Source: an uncultured Methanosarcinales archaeon
GTDB taxonomy: Archaea; Nanobdellota; Nanobdellia; Woesearchaeales; CAZPJY01
Direction: 5' to 3'
Assembly (NCBI GenBank): GCA_964587045.1
Contig: CAZPJY010000002.1
Span: 62,001 to 91,777 of the forward strand
Length of the DNA: 29,777 nt
In this document: piece after piece, positions 25,468 through 29,777 of the stretch
Layout: the number at the start of each line of letters is the position of its first letter
Numbering within the stretch: position 1 is the stretch's first letter
Notes under the pieces: model-generated
The model's database searches: none
The model's input: the letters and a program-made list of their open reading frames with translations, nothing else
What the model was told of the DNA's origin: nothing
Position numbers and translations under genes: made by a program

Positions 25468-26102
25468 TTTGCGATCTTGAACAGTGCTTCATAAAACTTG
25501 TCGATGTCCGTTCCGTACTTGGCCGATATGCCCACGACGTCATACTGCGGGAACGCGGCCTTGATCTTCTTGATGTCGGACTTCTTCAGGTCCACCTTGT
25601 TTGCGACCAGGAGCACGGGTATGTCCCTGGCCTGAAGGTTGCCTATGATGGTTATGTTGACTTGGGAGTACGGATCCTTGGTCGAGTCGAGCACGACTAT
25701 CACCACATCCATGTCGTCCAGCCACTTGATGGCGTCGATTACGCCCTTGGTGGCCTCCTTCGCCCGGTCTTTGGCCTGCTTCTCCTTCATGCCGGCCTTA
25801 ATGAAGTCCTCGTAGTCGATCTTCGTCGCAATGCCTGGTGTGTCGACCAGGTTGAAGGAGAGCTCCTTGTTGCCGCTCTTGATGTTGATCTGCTCCTTTA
25901 TCTGGATCTCCCTGGTCTCGTGCGCGATGCTCGAGGTAGAACCCATGACATCTTCCTCTCCGAGCCAGTCCTTGCAGATTTTGTTGGCGAGAGTGGTCTT
26001 TCCGCCGTTCGGCGGGCCGTAGAGGCCCATCTTGATGTGTCTGCTCTTCTTGAATAGGTTCTTGAAGAACTTCTGGATAAACCTGTTGAACAGCCCTTTC
26101 AT
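25464..26102 (-). CDS. oapA: Origin-associated protein A, Era-like GTPase
   Basis: G1 GPPNGGKT, HETRE, G3 DTPG, RAKEATKG, DPYSQVN, G4 NKVD, ISA. ATG at 26102 (ORF track 26120). Confidence 0.92.
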   Translation of the reverse strand: MKGLFNRFIQKFFKNLFKKSRHIKMGLYGPPNGGKTTLANKICKDWLGEEDVMGSTSSIAHETREIQIKEQINIKSGNKELSFNLVDTPGIATKIDYEDFIKAGMKEKQAKDRAKEATKGVIDAIKWLDDMDVVIVVLDSTKDPYSQVNITIIGNLQARDIPVLLVANKVDLKKSDIKKIKAAFPQYDVVGISAKYGTDIDKFYEALFKIAK

Positions 26103-26128
26103 AGGTTTTTCAAAGAACAAAGCAGTAT

Positions 26129-27085
26129 TTAAATCTTTGGATTAGGCAGCTTCCTGAATTTTGCCACGAAGAAGCCCTCAGTGTCATTATCCTGGGGCCA
26201 GAGGCGTAGGGCTTTTTTCACCTCTGGCCTGTAGTGGACCCCTTCGAACCCGGTTATTGGCTCCGACCTCTTCAGCTGTAGACCTATTGGCTGGATCTCA
26301 GCATCCAGCTGCTCGCTGAGGAGGTGATTTACCACGCCCTCATCCTCTTCCGGCTCGAGCGTGCAGGTCGAGTAGACCAGCGTGCCGCCTGGCTTGAGCA
26401 TGCCCCACGCGGTGCTTACCAGGCTCTTTTGGATCCTGGCCAGGCGCCGCACCATGCCGGGGTTCCACATGAGCAGGGTCTTGAGTGACTTTCTGATGGT
26501 GCCGGTGCCGGTGCACGGAGCGTCGACGAGAATCCTGTCGAACTCCAGGCCGCGCATCCTCTGCCCTTCCATCATAGTGATGACCGCGCTTCGCAACCCC
26601 ACCCTCTGGAGGTTCAGTCCGAGAGGGCGGAGCCTGGCGGCCTTGATATCATTTGCGACCAGCACTCCCTGGTCCTGCATGTACTGCCCTATCTGGCTTG
26701 CCTTCGACCCTGGGCTTGCGCACATGTCGAGCACGACTTCACCTGGCTTGGGCTCCAGGACCAAGGGAGGGATCATGCTCACAGCCTCCTGCACATAGAT
26801 GTAGCCCAGCTGATGCTCTACCAGGTTGCCTACATCCCTCCGCTCGCTCTCCAGCCACATTCCTTCAGGGCACCAGGGAATCTGTTCCAGCTTCCAGTTT
26901 CCTGAGAGCCGATCCTTGACAGCATCGACAGATGATTTCAAGGTGTTTACCCGGATTGACCTCCTGAGGAATGAGAGGGAATAGTCCATGAACTCGTCGT
27001 ACCTGTCGCCGAGAAGGGATCGGTAGCGCTCCTCGAATGCAGGTTTGACCTTCAGCTTTTCCCTGTCGGGTATCGGTTCTGGCAT
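26129..27085 (-). CDS. RsmB/NOP2/NSUN-family RNA m5C methyltransferase
   Basis: IRVNTLK, YVQE..SM.PP, LDMCASPGSK, DAPCTG, YSTCT (both catalytic Cys), GFFVAK. Confidence 0.95.
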   Translation of the reverse strand: MPEPIPDREKLKVKPAFEERYRSLLGDRYDEFMDYSLSFLRRSIRVNTLKSSVDAVKDRLSGNWKLEQIPWCPEGMWLESERRDVGNLVEHQLGYIYVQEAVSMIPPLVLEPKPGEVVLDMCASPGSKASQIGQYMQDQGVLVANDIKAARLRPLGLNLQRVGLRSAVITMMEGQRMRGLEFDRILVDAPCTGTGTIRKSLKTLLMWNPGMVRRLARIQKSLVSTAWGMLKPGGTLVYSTCTLEPEEDEGVVNHLLSEQLDAEIQPIGLQLKRSEPITGFEGVHYRPEVKKALRLWPQDNDTEGFFVAKFRKLPNPKI

Positions 27086-27121
27086 GATGTCGGAGAAAGA
27101 AGCAAGATATAAATAAGTTGC

Positions 27122-28759
27122 CTAAAGTCCCTTGACCATGTACGGGCCGCTCCTCCTGTAGCCCAGGCGGCGGTAGTAGTCCCGCACGCCCACCCCTGAT
27201 ATCACAAGGATAGACTTCCTTTTCTGTGACTTGGCGATGTTTTCTGCTTTGGACAGAAGCCTCTTGCCGTACCCCCTGTGCTGCACCGGGCCGGTCTTGC
27301 CCAGGGCGGCTGCCTCGCCGTACACGTGCAGTTCCCTGACAATCGCCCTGCCTCCCAGCCTCAGCCTGCAGAAGCCCAGCAGCCTGTCCTCCTCATCGTC
27401 CAATGATATAAAGTACTCGGTGCCTCCTGCGGCCTCGTACTCCATGACGTTGAGCTTCTGCCTGCCTTTGGGCTTGTCCCCCCTTATCTCCCTGCACCTT
27501 ATGCACTCGCACTTGCTTCCTCGCTTGCTAAGCTCCTCTGCGACGTACTGCCTGAGGTTGGTCCTGCTCACCCCGCCTGAAGTCCACTTGGTGGGTATGT
27601 CCCTCTGCACCCTCATGACCCTGACGTATCTGGGTATGAACTCCTTGATGTCTGCTATTAACTTTACAGCTGCGGCTGTTGTGAGAGGACTGTATCTGCC
27701 TTCCTCCTGCCTCCTGTGCAGGGGCGTTCCGGGTATCACCATGCAAGGGTATATCTTTAACATGTCAGGGCGGAAGTCGGGATTGGAGAAGAGCTGCTTG
27801 AAGTTCTCCACCTCCTCTTTTCTAGTGACGCCGGGAAGCCCGAGCATCATATGGAAGTTGAGCTTGAACCCAAGCTCCCTTAGTATCCTGGCAGAACGGA
27901 CCGAATCCTGAACCGTGTGGCCCCTGTCGATTTCAGCCAGAGCGCGGTCGCTGGTGCTCTGGACTCCAAGCTCAACTCTTGTGCATCCTAGCTCAAGCAG
28001 CTTTTTGCCCTCCTTTTCCATGCCGTAGTCTGGCCTGGTCTCTACTGTCAGGCCGACGCACCTTATCTGGCTGCGCTCGTTCTTCCCTTGTTCATACTGA
28101 AGGCCCCTACCACCCTTCGATTTCAGCCTCGCAGTCCGCCTCTGGATCCTCCTGGTCCTCTCCTCGTCTCCAAGCTCTGCCGGGAGCTCGAAGAACCTTC
28201 TGAAGCTTTCTGACTCGAGCCTGCCGTGTCTGAAGAAGTGTGAGGAGAAGTCGTTTAGTGCCTGGAAGACCGAGGTGATGAAGGATTCCTGATAGCTTTC
28301 GGGCAGGGCAGGGAAAGTGCCACCCATTATTATTATCTCCACCTTTTGGGGCTGGTGGCCCAGGATGATGTACTGCTCAAGCCTGTTGAAGATCTGGAGG
28401 TAAGGGTCGTACCTGTTGCGGGCTGCTCTCATGCTGGCGGGCTCGTGGCCTGTGTAGGACTGGGGGACGTCGCCGAAATGGCTGCCCGGGCCTCCAGGGC
28501 ACATGGCGCAAGTGCCGTGCGGGCATGAGGCGGGCTCTGTCATGATGGCAATCGGCGCAACGCCCGATGCAGACCTCATGGGTTTGGAAAGCAGCAGCGG
28601 CCGCACTGAGTCGTCGCTGGACTCGAGCAGTATCTCATAGTCTGGAGGCATGCGCTTGATGCCATACTTCTTGCACAGCCTCATCTTGAGCTTGGAGAGC
28701 TCGTTTTTCGAGGGCTCGCTTTCTTTGAGTTCCTTTAGCAGTTCTTGAATCAGAGCCAT
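27122..28759 (-). CDS. elp3: tRNA U34 carboxymethyltransferase Elp3 (radical SAM + GNAT)
   Basis: CPHGTCAMCPGG, PQSYTG.EP, MGGTF, ETRPD, ELGVQS, KIYPC, RVQRDIP, CIRCRE, RELHVYG, QHRGYG, SGVGVR.YY. Confidence 0.97.
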   Translation of the reverse strand: MALIQELLKELKESEPSKNELSKLKMRLCKKYGIKRMPPDYEILLESSDDSVRPLLLSKPMRSASGVAPIAIMTEPASCPHGTCAMCPGGPGSHFGDVPQSYTGHEPASMRAARNRYDPYLQIFNRLEQYIILGHQPQKVEIIIMGGTFPALPESYQESFITSVFQALNDFSSHFFRHGRLESESFRRFFELPAELGDEERTRRIQRRTARLKSKGGRGLQYEQGKNERSQIRCVGLTVETRPDYGMEKEGKKLLELGCTRVELGVQSTSDRALAEIDRGHTVQDSVRSARILRELGFKLNFHMMLGLPGVTRKEEVENFKQLFSNPDFRPDMLKIYPCMVIPGTPLHRRQEEGRYSPLTTAAAVKLIADIKEFIPRYVRVMRVQRDIPTKWTSGGVSRTNLRQYVAEELSKRGSKCECIRCREIRGDKPKGRQKLNVMEYEAAGGTEYFISLDDEEDRLLGFCRLRLGGRAIVRELHVYGEAAALGKTGPVQHRGYGKRLLSKAENIAKSQKRKSILVISGVGVRDYYRRLGYRRSGPYMVKGL

Positions 28760-28840
28760 GGTCTTGGGAAAACCGGGTCAGTATAAAAGGTTGTATGTAG
28801 AAAAGTTTTAAATAAAGAAAAGTTCATTTCATGCTTTGTA

Positions 28841-29437
28841 TTGGAAGAATCATTAGATACCATCATAGTCGAGGAAGGAAAGGGTCCTGGCCTTATAATA
28901 AAGAGTCTGACCTGGGCAAGCGGCGGACTTGAGAGCCTATGCACAAAGACCTTGAGAAGCAATGATGAGGATTCTGTGCTTTATCGCTCTGCGAAGGCGA
29001 CATTGAGGGTGCTGCCTAAGACTATTAATAAAATTTACATTTCTTTCTTGGGAGGCGCTCCAGGGTGTGAGATTGAGAGGATGTCTGCCAGGCTGAAGGA
29101 GAAATATCAAGTTGACATCCCCGCATCAACATTCGTGAAGTACTCGGCTGTCAATAGCTTCCTGCAAAACTCATTAGGTGCTGTTGGCCTCCTCACCATC
29201 ATTGGGATAAGCGGGCCTGTGGGCACAATTGGATGGGCATACCTGGGGTACAAGCTCATCGAGGCGCCTGTGAGATACAGTTTGGCCCACAACAACATCG
29301 CGAATCTCGGAGCGATGCAGATTGAGGCGATGTATATGGTGTACAGGTTGGTCAGGGATGACCGAGAAGAGATCACGCAGGCTGAACTGCAGCCATTTCG
29401 CATAAGTAACCCGGGATGGATTCGGTTACCTTACTAG
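28841..29437 (+). CDS. Hypothetical membrane protein
   Basis: 198-aa ORF with a Gly-rich hydrophobic hairpin, downstream of a divergent AT-rich promoter region. Start codon uncertain. Confidence 0.6.
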   Translation: MEESLDTIIVEEGKGPGLIIKSLTWASGGLESLCTKTLRSNDEDSVLYRSAKATLRVLPKTINKIYISFLGGAPGCEIERMSARLKEKYQVDIPASTFVKYSAVNSFLQNSLGAVGLLTIIGISGPVGTIGWAYLGYKLIEAPVRYSLAHNNIANLGAMQIEAMYMVYRLVRDDREEITQAELQPFRISNPGWIRLPY

Positions 29438-29777
29438 CTATTGGTCGTGCCGCGTTTCTGATGATGAATGATTTCGGCACCAGGTATTCGCCCCTCATCT
29501 CCTTTCCGATCTTCCCGTTTTTTTCCTCAGTGACATACTCCCTCATGACCGCGATTACTCTCTCTTCTGGGTCGAGGTATTCGTCGCGGGATATGCTTAC
29601 CTGCTGGTCGTCATGCAGCTTGTAGAAGAACAGTTCTCTCTTGATCCCGTCCGGACCGAACTCAGCTATCTTTCCAGTCCCTGTGCCGTCGTAGACAGTC
29701 TGGTATTTGCAGAAGCAGTGGCCTTCTCCGACGACTGCCGTGCTTGCTCCTGAGATCTCCCTGGTACCGATGTCCTT
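29373..29777 (-). CDS. Hypothetical protein, C-terminal part (runs off window end), not in the ORF track
   Basis: Hand translation of an uninterrupted frame KDIGTREISG...GHCFCKYQ...LVPKSFIIRN...VQPA*, with host-like codon usage. Confidence 0.65.
   Translation of the reverse strand, partial: KDIGTREISGASTAVVGEGHCFCKYQTVYDGTGTGKIAEFGPDGIKRELFFYKLHDDQQVSISRDEYLDPEERVIAVMREYVTEEKNGKIGKEMRGEYLVPKSFIIRNAARPIASKVTESIPGYLCEMAAVQPA

Noticed and set aside
25443..27911. Long antisense ORFs (204 aa, 138 aa, 226 aa and similar ones elsewhere in the window)
   Set aside because: Shadow frames opposite well-supported conserved genes, expected from GC-rich third-position codon bias.
1..29777. CRISPR array, rRNA, integrase/transposase, reverse transcriptase or prophage genes
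   Set aside because: No regularly spaced repeats or diagnostic motifs were seen by eye in the sequence or ORF translations.

Overview
Archaeal chromosomal fragment, most consistent with a DPANN lineage such as Woesearchaeota (inferred from Dph5, OapABC, archaeal Elp3, ATP-dependent ligase, a tRNA-Gln with an A1-U72 pair and BRE/TATA promoters). Housekeeping genes sit at both ends. Left: DNA ligase, an HTH-NTase-like regulator, ftsZ and dph5. Right: a CBS protein, TatD, oapABC, an m5C RNA methyltransferase and elp3. Between them is a visibly AT-richer block (~6.3-15.05 kb) ending at tRNA-Gln(TTG), then accessory genes (ZIP transporter, GT2, cupredoxin, SPFH plus NAD-kinase-like operon). The best candidate for an undescribed system is in the AT-rich block. 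It combines a transmembrane Ser/Thr kinase whose ectodomain looks like a catalytically degenerate GH88 (alpha/alpha)6 barrel, a 58-aa secreted peptide gene absent from the ORF track (ending ...MDPPVPPCCT), a second cryptic kinase-like protein (DRHxxN...DFE), two AbrB-type regulators and a sequon-rich surface protein. Other signals not explained by the ORFs are structured-RNA-like stretches on both sides of ftsZ, two NrtR-type 21-bp operators at the SPFH operon with no regulator gene beside them, and an orphan PEF-CTERM sorting-signal remnant. All calls come from reading motifs by eye; no searches or folding programs were run.
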